Below are positions 1-10,891 of a DNA stretch of 64,000 nucleotides, in pieces. The notes below the pieces were generated by a model, which was given only the letters and a program-made list of their open reading frames with translations, searched no databases and was not told where the DNA came from. Source of the stretch: Fistulifera solaris (taxonomy: Eukaryota); assembly GCA_030295235.1 (NCBI GenBank), contig AP026140.1, positions 62,001 to 126,000 on the forward strand. The letters are read 5' to 3'. Position numbers and translations under genes: made by a program. Each line of letters starts with the position of its first letter. Position 1 is the first letter of the stretch.

Positions 1-75
1 TTTGCGACAACCGTACAATGAACATCATGTAGAGCATGCGATCAGTACGTTTTCTACATGCAGGTGCACCCGATC

Positions 76-87
76 GGCACGCGCCTC
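76..87 (-). promoter_or_regulatory. Possible low-iron-responsive promoter motif upstream of the FBP1-like gene
   Basis: The minus strand reads GAGGCGCGTGCC, a 9/10 match to the A(A/C)G(G/C)C(G)C(A/G)TG motif described from diatom iron-regulated promoters, about 110 bp upstream of the ATG. The motif is short and could be chance. Confidence 0.3.
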
Positions 88-196
88 ATCGGTTGTCCCG
101 GTTGTCACTCTTTTTACAAAAAGATACCGTGCCCTTCGCCAAGATCGAGCAAGACGATGATCGAGCATTCTTTGTTCAAGCTTGTTGAGGTACACC

Positions 197-1788
197 ATGA
201 AGTTTGGGCTTCTCTTTCTCGCACCCTTGTTGGTAACAGCGAATCAGTTCTTAGATGACCGTGGTAGAGCTCATGTGTTGCGGGATGAGCCTCGCGTCTT
301 TTGTTCGGCGACGACTGCCATTTCTTTGGTCCATCTAGGTAAAACTCGTTCTCTCTTTCCCTACTGCTCGTTGCCGTTTACTAAGCTAACCGCGTTGGTG
401 ATTATTTCGTAAACTACAGGGATGCCCACCGATTGGCTGGTGGCTACTTGGGGTTCACCTTTCAATCGCTTTTCCAATCTAGCCAAGGGCGAGAAATCTG
501 AGTACTTCACCATGGATATACAGCCCGACGATCTTGCAATCTTGCAGTCGAAACCTTCCGTCTCGAATCCAGATTGTCTGGACGGAACTCAGCCGGAGAA
601 TTTGTGTGATGAGATGGATGAAGCGAAGGTCAAAGCTCTTCAAGGAGTAACACTTATCATCGACGTTGTGGAAAACATTGGATCGGATCCCTTCCCTCTC
701 AACGCTTCTGTAGCATTGAATGTGCCCGTCGTAACCATCGATTCATCTTTTGATGGTGCTCTTAACTGTCTTCCGGATGCGGTGAACTACCTCGGTACCG
801 TTGACCAGAATTGTTACAAAAGATCCTACCTGGATGTCGTCAACCGTATTTATGATATGGCTGAATGGATGGGTATCGATACCCGTCACGATCGTGACTT
901 ACTTTGCAAAGCCACACAAAGATTTCAACAAGCAGCTAAACAGGCTCATGACAAAGGTATTCGGTTCTTGCTAGCTTCTATTCAGAATCAAGAATTTGAG
1001 GAAGGAAACATGCGCATGTATGTAACGAACCCTTGCATTTCAGTACAGCACGGACCATGGAAGAAATCGGTTTGCCCATCTTGTGGCCTGGTCTCTGCCA
1101 AGAAGAGATTTGCAAGTCGTTAGGAGAACTCCCTGCGGCGTATGAGCTTGTTCCGGCGAAGTTCTACTTCCCAGACTGCCCCGACGGTCAAATCGAAGCA
1201 AGCTGCGGCAAGAACACTTTGTATAAAGCGGACTTCTTGTTGCTAGAAGGATTCGGCTACCAGCAACTCGAAGACGACCCGGAAGCGTTCACGAATTTGT
1301 TTCCAGACCCAGCGCTTCTTGCCGGCCAATATATTGCCTTTCCTTTTGACGCGCATGTCTTCTCGCATCGCTCTCTTGCTGGCTGGTTGGAGGTTCTCAC
1401 CGAACGTATCCAGAAAGCCAAGCGTATTCACGAAGCCACTCCTTGTTCAGAAGCGCATGTAACCTCTCTACCACACCTCAACTACAAAGATGCGGAGCTT
1501 GGTGGTGGCGAGTACGCCTGCTGGAATCCTCAGTATCACAATTCTGAGTATGCCACTTGTCCTCCTGAAGAAGTAACCGAGGGTCTCTCGAATGGTGCAG
1601 TCGCGGGCGTGGCAGTTGGCGCCATTTTTGTTGGGGCCTTTCTCATGTTTGTTCTCATGAGATTCGTGTTGAATTATAGAACTGGCATCGACAAGAAGTT
1701 TCAAGAGGCTGAGGAAGAAGAAAAGGAGCTCGAGTCAAACACAAGCCAGGCGTCGCATGTGAATGATGCAGCTTGGAGGAGTGAATGA
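197..1788 (+). CDS. Membrane-anchored periplasmic-binding-protein-like protein (ferrichrome/siderophore-binding FBP1-like)
   Basis: ATG 197 gives a signal peptide MKFGLLFLAPLLVTA followed by FLDDRG..PRV, the typical N-terminus of Fe-siderophore/B12 solute-binding proteins. Intron 339-419 (GT..AG) joins to ORF 422. A 1-nt loss in the CCC at about 1031 joins to ORF 1033-1788. C-terminal TM helix GAVAGVAVGAIFVGAFLMFVL. Confidence 0.7.
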
Positions 1789-1969
1789 GCAAGTGTTTGT
1801 CCGGAGTATTCTTTGTGTATTATTTGTTTTCTTTCGATGTCGTTCTAAGTAACTAAGCAATAACGTTTTCAAGATGTGATTTATTATTAGTTGATATTGT
1901 AGAATGTTGATTCCATGAACATAGTTATGATAGTGTGATTGTCAGTGCCGATGATTTGCAAAAATGCAC

Positions 1970-2449
1970 TTACAATCTCATTCCATCCGCCATAATAGAC
2001 GTCATATATTTAAAAACACGAGTCCAGTTTTCAGCATCTTCCGTTGTGAAGTCAGCTCCCATAATTGTTTCGACTGCGTAAATAGTAGCTCGACCCATCG
2101 AGGAAAGATCTTCCGGCTTGGCGCCGTAGGAAATGTGTCGCTGACCAAGATCCTTGAGAAAGTCCTCCAAGGAATCCAAATTCGGCCCAAGAAACTGAAC
2201 GACACAGTCCACCATATCCACAATCACAGGCGCATGAGTCTTGAATGATAAGTGTTCCTTGATATTTTCGACGCCTTCCATATCGAAGATCGCTGCGGCG
2301 CGAGGATTCAATTGAAAGAGTCGCTCAAAGATGAGTTCGCCTAATCGATCGACGTAGTCCTTATCTTTCAGCTTCACCTGGTCCCATGTACTCGATACAT
2401 TCATGGCGATGGTGTAGTCAATGCTTTCGATACGAGTAGCCGTTGTCAT
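1970..2449 (-). CDS. Single-domain 3/3 globin (about 159 aa)
   Basis: Globin pattern: A-helix W (STWDQV), IFERLFQLNP..AIF, distal KTH, proximal LGQRH, H-helix AENW. The likely start is the ATG at 2449. Confidence 0.9.
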   Translation of the reverse strand: MTTATRIESIDYTIAMNVSSTWDQVKLKDKDYVDRLGELIFERLFQLNPRAAAIFDMEGVENIKEHLSFKTHAPVIVDMVDCVVQFLGPNLDSLEDFLKDLGQRHISYGAKPEDLSSMGRATIYAVETIMGADFTTEDAENWTRVFKYMTSIMADGMRL

Positions 2450-3532
2450 GGTGTCCTTAAATGTTGAACAAAGGGTTTGAAGGAGCTGAAAGAAAAAATA
2501 ATGAAAAGAAAGTGCGGCGTAGAGGTGCAAAGACCCTTTCGGCCCAAAAATTTGGCTGGCTGAGACCAAGATGCAAAATTGAATCTTGGATATTTCGGAA
2601 AAATTTACAGTTTTCTCTATAGTCTGGATTCTACGATACTGCCCCTCCACTATGTAAACGGACATTCACGTTCAGATTTAGTTCTTCCGTGCTCCGTTTG
2701 GCGGTCATGCGACATTTCATGCTACAAAAATGTCTATTGTAAATCGGATGATCTTCGCAATGACCCCGGCATCAGTAGTAAATTGGATTGATTGTTTGCC
2801 ATGGACCTATCCGCTATCCCGAACTCCGCTAAAAAATGGTACAATAAAGTAGAGTAACCTCATGACATGTGACATGATAAACATCTGCGGATGCCTACGG
2901 CGAAAACAGCAGGCAACAGCAGGCGGGTCAAAAAAGCAATTGCCCCTACAGTGGTGTAAAGTGTACTATTCCCAAATATTTTATTCACAATAACGGAGAT
3001 AAGACACTTCGTGCTGACGGCTTAAGGGCTATAGCGAACCTTGGATGTCTTTGTCTTGGGCCTTTCCGGATGCAGGAGGGAAAGTTGATATGCCCACACC
3101 AAAACTTTAGCAACCAAGAACCAAAAGGAACTTCTTTGCGTTTCTCGTTTCTTTCAAGCTTAGTAACTGCAAGCGTTGCTTAATCTTCGCAACTCTCAAC
3201 CGCAATTATCAAACGGTCTATGATAGACAATAATAGAGAAGAGAGACTGCAGGAGGTCTGTTTCTCACTTGCCGCTGCTTGCTTAGCTGGTCTGGCAGAA
3301 TGTTTTTATTTTAAAAATTTCAATCCGAGGGCTACCTTTTTCTTTCGAGAATCAACTGAGCAGAATACAATGTTCTAGTGAATCTATTTACAGTACGCCT
3401 ACATAAATTCATTGTCACAGTATGAATCGCTCATTGGGACTAGGGAGGCTTCCTGCAGAAGGAATCTCTACGATTGGTCGTAAACCAACAAGAGCCAAGT
3501 CTTTGGGTCAAGCCTTTCTTATGATTCAATCA

Positions 3533-4234
3533 TTAAAGGCTAGCCACGAAAGAAAGCAGGAAGAAGCATCCTGTCGCTGCTTTCACATAGAGCCCCTTCA
3601 CACTCGAAGTAGTCGTTGTTTCTCCTTCATGGGAATGATCATCGCAAACCAGTTGACTTTCCGTCGCCGTGGCGGAATTACAGACATGCATGGTGCAAAT
3701 GGATTCCATATCATGCAAACCTTCTTCGGCAGCTGTTGTCAAGGACTCATGGGGACAGTTGTCGTGAACTGCTACGAGAGTTAGAAAGTTGGTGCCACAC
3801 GCCTCGGAAGAGCAGTCGGTCAAACACCCGGCATCCAACATGGCACTGTAGGCGGTATCACCGCTTCCGTCATCACAGACAGGAATAGGACAGTCAGGAG
3901 CTCCTTCGGTTGCGGCGCGTTGGATCTCACAGGCTACGCAAACGGTGTCAAAGTCATGGAAGCCATCCTCAATTTCGGTCGGGACTTCACCCTCTTGACA
4001 ATAGTCGTGATGCGCCTGAACGATATAGTAATTCATAGTGCAGTCCTCGGTGCTGCAATCCGTAGCACAAGAAGATGTTTGCAACGCATTGAAAGCTGTC
4101 AGCATAGCCGCCGTATCCGTACAATCAATGGCAAACCCCAAATGCTCCGCTTCACAGGCGCAACTCTCGGCCGAAAGCACCGCAGAAAACTGAGAACTCA
4201 GAAGAAGGAAGATTGAAGCAGAAATAAACATCAT
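3533..4234 (-). CDS. Secreted, probably GPI-anchored Cys/His-rich double-repeat protein (putative metal-binding)
   Basis: Signal peptide from ATG 4234. Two internal repeats C-x2-DC-x4-C...(H/V)HD-x-C...G-x-HD...C-x2/4-C, then DDHSHE, a Thr/Ser spacer and a hydrophobic C-terminal tail. Confidence 0.8.
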   Translation of the reverse strand: MMFISASIFLLLSSQFSAVLSAESCACEAEHLGFAIDCTDTAAMLTAFNALQTSSCATDCSTEDCTMNYYIVQAHHDYCQEGEVPTEIEDGFHDFDTVCVACEIQRAATEGAPDCPIPVCDDGSGDTAYSAMLDAGCLTDCSSEACGTNFLTLVAVHDNCPHESLTTAAEEGLHDMESICTMHVCNSATATESQLVCDDHSHEGETTTTSSVKGLYVKAATGCFFLLSFVASL

Positions 4235-4484
4235 GGTAGCACAGTTGAATCGTCTTGGTAAAGCGGTAAAAGGTATAAATGAGTCGAAAGATATGATCGA
4301 ATGAATAATCGATGCGAAAATTTGGCGTGCCTTCGTGCATCGTTTTGAGCCTAAACAGGCCATAATAATAGCCTGGATCCAAACTTTCGCAAGATCAAAC
4401 TTCATAGTCTAGAATGCAATGTTGCAAGTCCGCCTCTCTACGAAGTGTTTTCGATAGAGTAGGCAAGGCTATTTCGAGACTTGA

Positions 4485-4493
4485 GACACGTGT
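4485..4493. promoter_or_regulatory. ACACGTGT palindrome (CACGTGTC on the minus strand) in a bidirectional promoter
   Basis: Lies about 250 bp from both divergent ATGs (4234 and 4736). Matches the CACGTG(T/C)C-type element known from diatom low-iron promoters. Confidence 0.45.
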
Positions 4494-4735
4494 GCTGTGG
4501 CCTAAACAAAACACTCACTAAAGGCCGCTTAACTCCCTTTCACTCCAACACTTCTTTATGGTCACCGTCGTCTCCCTCGATCTTTTGAAAAAAAGCCAAA
4601 TAGCTTTACCTGAGCCACAAAAAGGTTGTAAGAGCTTCTCATTATCAGTGACTCTACCGGTTGATTGATTTTCTATCCAGTCGATTGTTTTCAAGTGCTC
4701 CCTCTCGCTCACTTTTTTTTTATAAACAACAAATT

Positions 4736-6595
4736 ATGACTAGCAGCAGCAGCATCACCACAATTTGCTTTTGTTCCTTGTGTGCTCTGGCTGTCTCGTC
4801 TACCGTACAGGAACAACTGCCAACAACGCCACTTTCCCGTAGCTTGCAAGTTAAGAGCACGTTTGTCAATTTGTATGAAACGGTCACTACCGTTGACGCC
4901 TCCGTCGACAAGGACATTCGCGCCATTTTCTCAAAAACCAACTTGGGAACACAGGAGGCATTTGAAGAAGCCCGAACTCTGTATTCACAAGGAGCTTATG
5001 CTGGATCGTATGCGACGCTGCAGATTGACGCTTCCAGTTTGACAAAGGATCTAGTTGCTGGGACTGCAATCCAAGGAGTCTCGAGCAATCGTCCCAATCA
5101 GCCTGCGATGGGGTATGTCAAGGAAACTGCTCCAGCTGGGAGTACATCCATAACAGTACGGTACACGACGGATTGTTACGTCGGTGGACTCGGTACACCC
5201 ATCGTCGATCATTGTAAGCATACTATTGCAACATGCTTTTTGCTCGTGTGTGGATCCACCTGCCTCACGAAACACTGTTTCTCCTTTCGTTGCTATGAAT
5301 CAGGTCTCAAAGAATCGACTGGCGATCAAACATTTCAAATGGGCGAAAATGGTCAAGAACTAGCATACACGTACAGTCCGTTACAAGATACAAAAAATGC
5401 TTTGACCTTAGAGCTCCTGGGCCAAGGCAATTCATCGTCGCCCACCTACTCTGCGTTCTTTGATTACAGCGGGGCGTATGACTATGCCAACCAAGTTATG
5501 ATGGCGGCATTTCAAGGTTCCACAACAACGTTTCCGAATCAGCACACGAACATGGACTTTTCGAAGTTGGACCACGAAGGTCGAGCCGGTGAGTAATTTA
5601 TGTCCGACTTTTAGTTGCCGATCCTCAAGCTCACACGCTTTGTCGTCAATTGTAAATTCACAGCTGCCATTCGCTGGGGAATGGTTGGTATGAATATACA
5701 TTCGCATGTGCTGGAGAAATTACATCAAGCCACGGCGTCTTGCAAAGAGAACGAAAATGCCATTCATTACTGGGACGAGGCAGTCGGCTTCTATACGGGT
5801 TCCATTACCGATTTTCCTGGCGAAGAAGGATACCTTCTCTTTACTGTTGCTGAAATGGAATGCTCTTATTTTGGGACATGCAGTGAAGGCAGTATGGCTC
5901 GTGTGAATGAAGCAATCTTTGTGGCATTTCTCGAAGGCAAAGATATGTTGCAGAAGAAGCAATGTAACGAAGTCATCGAAGTTTCCCGGCAAATCAAATC
6001 GATGATGATGATTCCTCTCGTTCAACGCATCCTTCGTCATGCGTATGAACTGGATCTGCAAGAAAATCAACAAGCCAAAACTCAAGGTGACGCCGCTGCC
6101 TTCATGGCATCTTTGGCACCACATCTGTACAGCTGTCAACGATCGTCAGCACACATGTTGTGGAATGATCTCGCGCCGGGAAACGCCACAAAAGCAAGTT
6201 TCGAAGTTCTCAAATTCACTTTGGAGCGCACGTACGACTGTTTGGGTATCTCTTGTGAGGATGTTGGCGGTTTGTTGCACATTGATCCGACTGGCAGTGG
6301 ACTTTTGTACAATAAAGGCGCCGAGCCCTGTAATTACGTTCCGCCGGCAGCTGAATCACTGAATAAGACGGCAAGTACTACCCGTGCAGAAGAGAATGGT
6401 GATGACAGGAATCAAACCGCATCGACGATCGTCTTTGTGGCGCTAGGATTTTTAGTTGCTGCAATTCTCGCTGCGTTGGTTCGATATCGCTCGAAAAAGC
6501 CGACGAAAGTGTTGGCAATGGAACAAACAGCCGATGTGGCATCAAATGATAAGGAAGATGCGACCGTGGCGGTCGAAGTTGGAGAAATAGCTTGA
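4736..6595 (+). CDS. ISIP2a/phytotransferrin/FEA1-family low-iron-inducible surface protein, divergent paralog
   Basis: Signal peptide and family motifs A..LY.QG, WDEAVGFYTGS, C..FGTC, IPLVQ.ILR.AY and Y.CLGISCEDVGGL, with a C-terminal TM helix. Introns 5214-5303 and 5589-5663 restore one reading frame. Confidence 0.85.
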
Positions 6596-7154
6596 ATGAT
6601 AAATAAAGAGAGCACTTCGTAGTGTCATAGCAATCATGCAGAGACTATCAGGTCCGTCGGAAAAGGCTGTGTTTATCCGTCATAATGATAATACAATAGA
6701 TCGTTTCGAATGATTCACCGATCGACGTATCACTGCATTACAAACTAGTTGAAAGAGTTGCGCATTTCGCCTTGGTCACCAGCAAGAAGGTGAGGGTTGA
6801 AAATAATGAGAGGTGTCGGAGATGTGGGGAGAAAATCAAGACGGAATCGGACGGTCGCGTTTTGCGCCACGACGAACCGTTACTCAGTCTCTCTATGTAC
6901 TCGTAATTTTGATGGATATTACTACACTAGATCACACACTACTATAGATAGTTAGACAATAGCTATTTTCAAAACAGAAAGTATCCTTGCAGTTGGACAT
7001 GAACCGGTTTTCAAAGAAAAGTGTGATCCAAAAGTCCACGGCACTTTTGCAAAAGATGAATGAAGCCAACAACGGAAGACAAGGCAACTCCGAGAAGTAG
7101 GGCAACCGAACAACAAACATCGTTTGAATAACATTTTAGAAGTCTCATTTCACC

Positions 7155-8159
7155 ATGGATCAGCTACAACTCGAATATGTTCAAACAAATGAACGCTCGT
7201 CGTCGTTCACGAGAGCTTTTGAGAACGATACGTTGCAAGCTGCACAAGACGACACCGTCATGGTGTCATTGCTGCGTCGTACCGATTCGGAGGATCCTAT
7301 TGTCTCTCTCACTCCGCCGCCTTTGTACAAATTGACGAAACGAGGCGGTAGCATTGACACAACACCCGGAAGTGATCAAGTTGATAACTTTCGTCCGAGG
7401 CACTTTCTGTCAGAGAGAGGTGCCTTTACGCCGTTGATTCACGAAGGCGTGTCGTCGCCGACAACTCCTATCGAGCACGCAAGTGACTCTCTTTCACATC
7501 AACAAACCAGAATTTCCTCCATTTTCCATTCAAGGCGTGTATCGGTGTTGGAGGACGATGACGACGACGATGATGATTTCGACGACAATTACGTCGACCT
7601 TGAACACGACGGTGACATGTCCATCGCGATCCCGGCCGACATCGAAACGGAAACATCGCATGCTGAGGTATCTATTTCAAGCAATTTCTGTGGAGTAACA
7701 AGTGCAGAAGCCCACAACCTGACAGAATGCTGTGGTAGCTTCCGCGACAAGCTGATGTGTCTATTTGAAGCATCTACAACGTCAAAGGTCAATATTCACA
7801 AGACACAAGCAAAGGTTAGCGACGTCAAGCACTCAGAGAAAATTGAAGAGGCATTAGCCAGAGAAACAGCATCAGTTACTGAAGATGATTTTTCATGGAA
7901 TCAAGATAGCTTTCGAGATAGTAAACAGAATGAATTTAATCAGCGAGTTCAATCAAACGGGAATCCAGACGGCTGGCCAATGCATGTTGCTATCAAGGAC
8001 ACAGAAGATTCCACTGTGGCGTCTACTATGTCGGCCGAGTCGAGCGGAACAGCCGTTTCGAAGAGTCCACGCCGTTTGCGCCTGGCGCGTTTGCACCGAC
8101 AGCGAATGCAGCAGCATCAACACCGAGTTGAAAATCTACATCAGGTGTCTATCTTTTGA
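7155..8159 (+). CDS. Hypothetical acidic low-complexity protein (334 aa)
   Basis: Long ATG-initiated ORF with a poly-Asp tract, Ser/Thr-rich. No recognisable domain. Confidence 0.7.
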   Translation: MDQLQLEYVQTNERSSSFTRAFENDTLQAAQDDTVMVSLLRRTDSEDPIVSLTPPPLYKLTKRGGSIDTTPGSDQVDNFRPRHFLSERGAFTPLIHEGVSSPTTPIEHASDSLSHQQTRISSIFHSRRVSVLEDDDDDDDDFDDNYVDLEHDGDMSIAIPADIETETSHAEVSISSNFCGVTSAEAHNLTECCGSFRDKLMCLFEASTTSKVNIHKTQAKVSDVKHSEKIEEALARETASVTEDDFSWNQDSFRDSKQNEFNQRVQSNGNPDGWPMHVAIKDTEDSTVASTMSAESSGTAVSKSPRRLRLARLHRQRMQQHQHRVENLHQVSIF

Positions 8160-8767
8160 AAAGGCCGTGGATCTTGTCAGTGATAGGCTTTCTATGTGAA
8201 AGCAGCACGCATCTCTTGTTGCGCATCACATATGTTGGCGAACATATGTTTATCATGTATGTATCGTATTGAATGTATCAGCCTATAAATAATTTAGTTG
8301 TATGTTTCTACAAATGAGCGTATTCTGTTGCTACCCCCTTCGCTTTACTGTCAACCTTTGAAATATTGGTGAAAGATAGGGCATTTTACGTCAAGATCAT
8401 TTTCTGTTGACCGCCTCATAACATTCGCTGGTGGGAAAGATGTACAGTACCCTTATGACGTTCTTCTGTGACGATAGCCTCGTGAATTCTAGATATTCAT
8501 TTTACTGTAGGCCCAAAGTGTATACTAATTTTTCCGTGACTGCGATCCAGTCATGACCGTGACGCAACGGCCGCCTGAAGCGAATGACGTCAGGAATTCC
8601 AACGAATGACTGACGGCAGCGCACAAAAACTCGTCCGCGTCAGACGAGTTTCTCGCGAGGCATTTTCTGTTGCATCCGTTTGATGGAAGAACAAGAGTTG
8701 CCCAAGAATCTTTAGACTCTTTGCGTCAAAAGCGACCAGACAACTATTACTGTTGAGATAGAAAGCG

Positions 8768-9842
8768 ATGCGATTTCTTTTTGTGACACTTCTCGCGTGG
8801 CTGTCATCGACCGCTGTGGCTTTTGTGCCGCCGACGCAACGCGTTCCGACGGCACTCGCTACCGCCATGACGCCCCTGTTTCCGACTCAAGCCTGGGAAG
8901 GAAAGGAGTTTCGTGTTACGGAGTTGCAAGACATGTTTGCGGAAGCTATGCAGAACTTTCAGAACCTCATGGAAAGTCACTCAACCAGCTCTTTCGATTT
9001 TGACACGGACATGAAAATTGCGGCTTCCGTGGCTACAACGGTTCGGGGCAACGGCGTCGTGAGCAACGAAGAAATGTACCGTTACATTCAACAAGGAATC
9101 GATCAACTAGTTACGACGCTTGCGCAAGTCTTGGCTCAGCTAGATGGATTCAGTATTGAGCAAAAGATTGCGGCGGCTTTAGCGACGGTCGTGATTTCTT
9201 ATCCTGTCAGCTATCAATACTATCAATATGAGTTGGCGGAAGAAGAACGACTGGCGGCAGAAAAGAAAAGCGAAACTAGCCGAAAAGAAGAAAGCAGAAG
9301 CCTTGAAGGCAAAAGCGGAGAAGGCTAAAGCTGCCAAAGGAAAAGAACCCAAGCAATCAGTTTCGAAAATAGCAAAAGACACGGATGTCGTGGCTGACGT
9401 CGCTGCAGAGAAGCGACCAGCCAAGGGTCCCAAGGGAGCCAGTAAAGAACAACTCACCATGAAAGACGAAGTGCTAGCGCCGGTTCAAGAGGTTGCCACG
9501 GCACAAGCAACCGAATCTTCTAGTCCTCCCCCTCTTCCTGTAACCTCTCTCGAACGTACTGTTACTGTGCAAGTGCCCGCATCACCGCGTGTAGTGGAAT
9601 CGACAATGCCCGTCATGGGAAAACAATCCGAAGACGGAGGAATGGATGCGTATGCGAGAGCTTATGCGGCCATGCTGTCTCAGGTACAGGCCGTTCAAGT
9701 GGCAGAACCGGCCCCAGCCTCTCCGCTTGCTCAACCTGTGGCAACATTTACCACTGACCCTCCTGCTGTAGAAACATCGACACCTGTTCGTTCCGGTGGT
9801 GGTACTGCTAGTTACTTGGAAACACTGTCACGTTCCGCATAA
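8768..9842 (+). CDS. Probable plastid-targeted single-TM protein with a Lys/Ala-rich region and SYLETL C-terminus
   Basis: Signal peptide plus AVA-FVP cleavage motif and one TM helix. An extra A in the A-run at about 9266 splits ORFs 8768-9328 and 9228-9842. Confidence 0.75.
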
Positions 9843-10006
9843 ATAAGATAAGAAAAGGAGAAGCTGTGCGAGCGATTATCCTTTGCTGTATAAAACTGAT
9901 TGAACTTTAGTACGTCACAACCTTATCTGGTATGCCTTCAGTTATTTTGTGATCACGCGTGATTTGTGACGATTTCCCTTTTTAAAAAGAATGTAGAAAG
10001 CTTTCG

Positions 10007-10600
10007 TCTGGAAACGGCGTTTTTCAACAAACATCGTTTCTGAGTAAATTCCAGAAAATCTGGAAAGCGCGATCTCCTCATACAGAAATTCTGTTTTGGT
10101 CCAGAAATTTGGACCATGTGTTTTTATCTCACAGAAATTATGTGAACCTCAATTACCATTGGACCTCGTTGTTATAGATCATACAGTGCTTCCCCGCTAT
10201 TTCCAGCAAATCTGGAAACGGCGTTTTTCTACGAACATCGTTCCTGGGTAAATTCCAGAATTTCTGGAGAGCGCGATCTCCTTATACAGAAATTCTGTTT
10301 TGGTCCAGAAATTTTGCACAAGGGACCAGGGACCAGGGACCAGGTGTTTTCATCTCACAGAAATTATGTGCACCTCAATTCGTTTATTTATTGCCTTGCC
10401 TCAATTACCATTGGACCTCGTTGTTCTAGATCATACAGTGCTTCCCCGCTATTTCCAGCAAATCTGGAAATGGCGTTTTTCAACAAACATCGTTTCTGAG
10501 TACATTCCAGAAAATCTGGAAAGCGCGATCTCCTCATACAGAATCCTGTATATGCCCAGAAATTTTGCACCAGGGACCAGGTGTTTTCATTCACAGAAAT
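10007..10600. repeat. Tandem repeat of about 2.6 copies of a 204-bp unit (CCAGAA/TTCTGG family)
   Basis: TCTGGAAA(C/T)GGCGTTTTTC recurs at 10007, 10211 and 10463. Copy 2 carries (GGGACCA)n and a CCTCAATT-flanked insertion. Confidence 0.9.
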
Positions 10601-10891
10601 GTATTTTCGTTTTTCGTTCGTTGAACTCTTTGGTCATCGCTGGAAACTTGGCTGAAATCTGAAATAGTCAGAATCCCGTAAGAAAACGTGTTCCACGTTC
10701 CACGTTATTCCTTCGGATTTCGTATGTTCGGAGTACAAAATCGATTTCAATCGTGTGTGGCCCGCACGTTTCACATCATTTCACTTCCCATTCAAGCGAC
10801 AAAGCAAAATTCATTATTCACTTTTCCATCCGAAGCACTCTCGCTCGACTAAAGATAAAAATATAATTCTACCTCCCAATATTCATTTATC

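Noticed and set aside
197..1788. Cobalamin acquisition protein CBA1
   Set aside because: I do not see the YQCG-type motif I associate with CBA1, and the N-terminus fits FBP1-like proteins better. The ligand remains unproven.
2450..4735. Longer upstream starts in the ORF track for the globin (2665), Cys/His protein (4405) and ISIP2a-like gene (4661)
   Set aside because: The extensions precede clear signal peptides or the globin A helix and read like UTR or promoter sequence.
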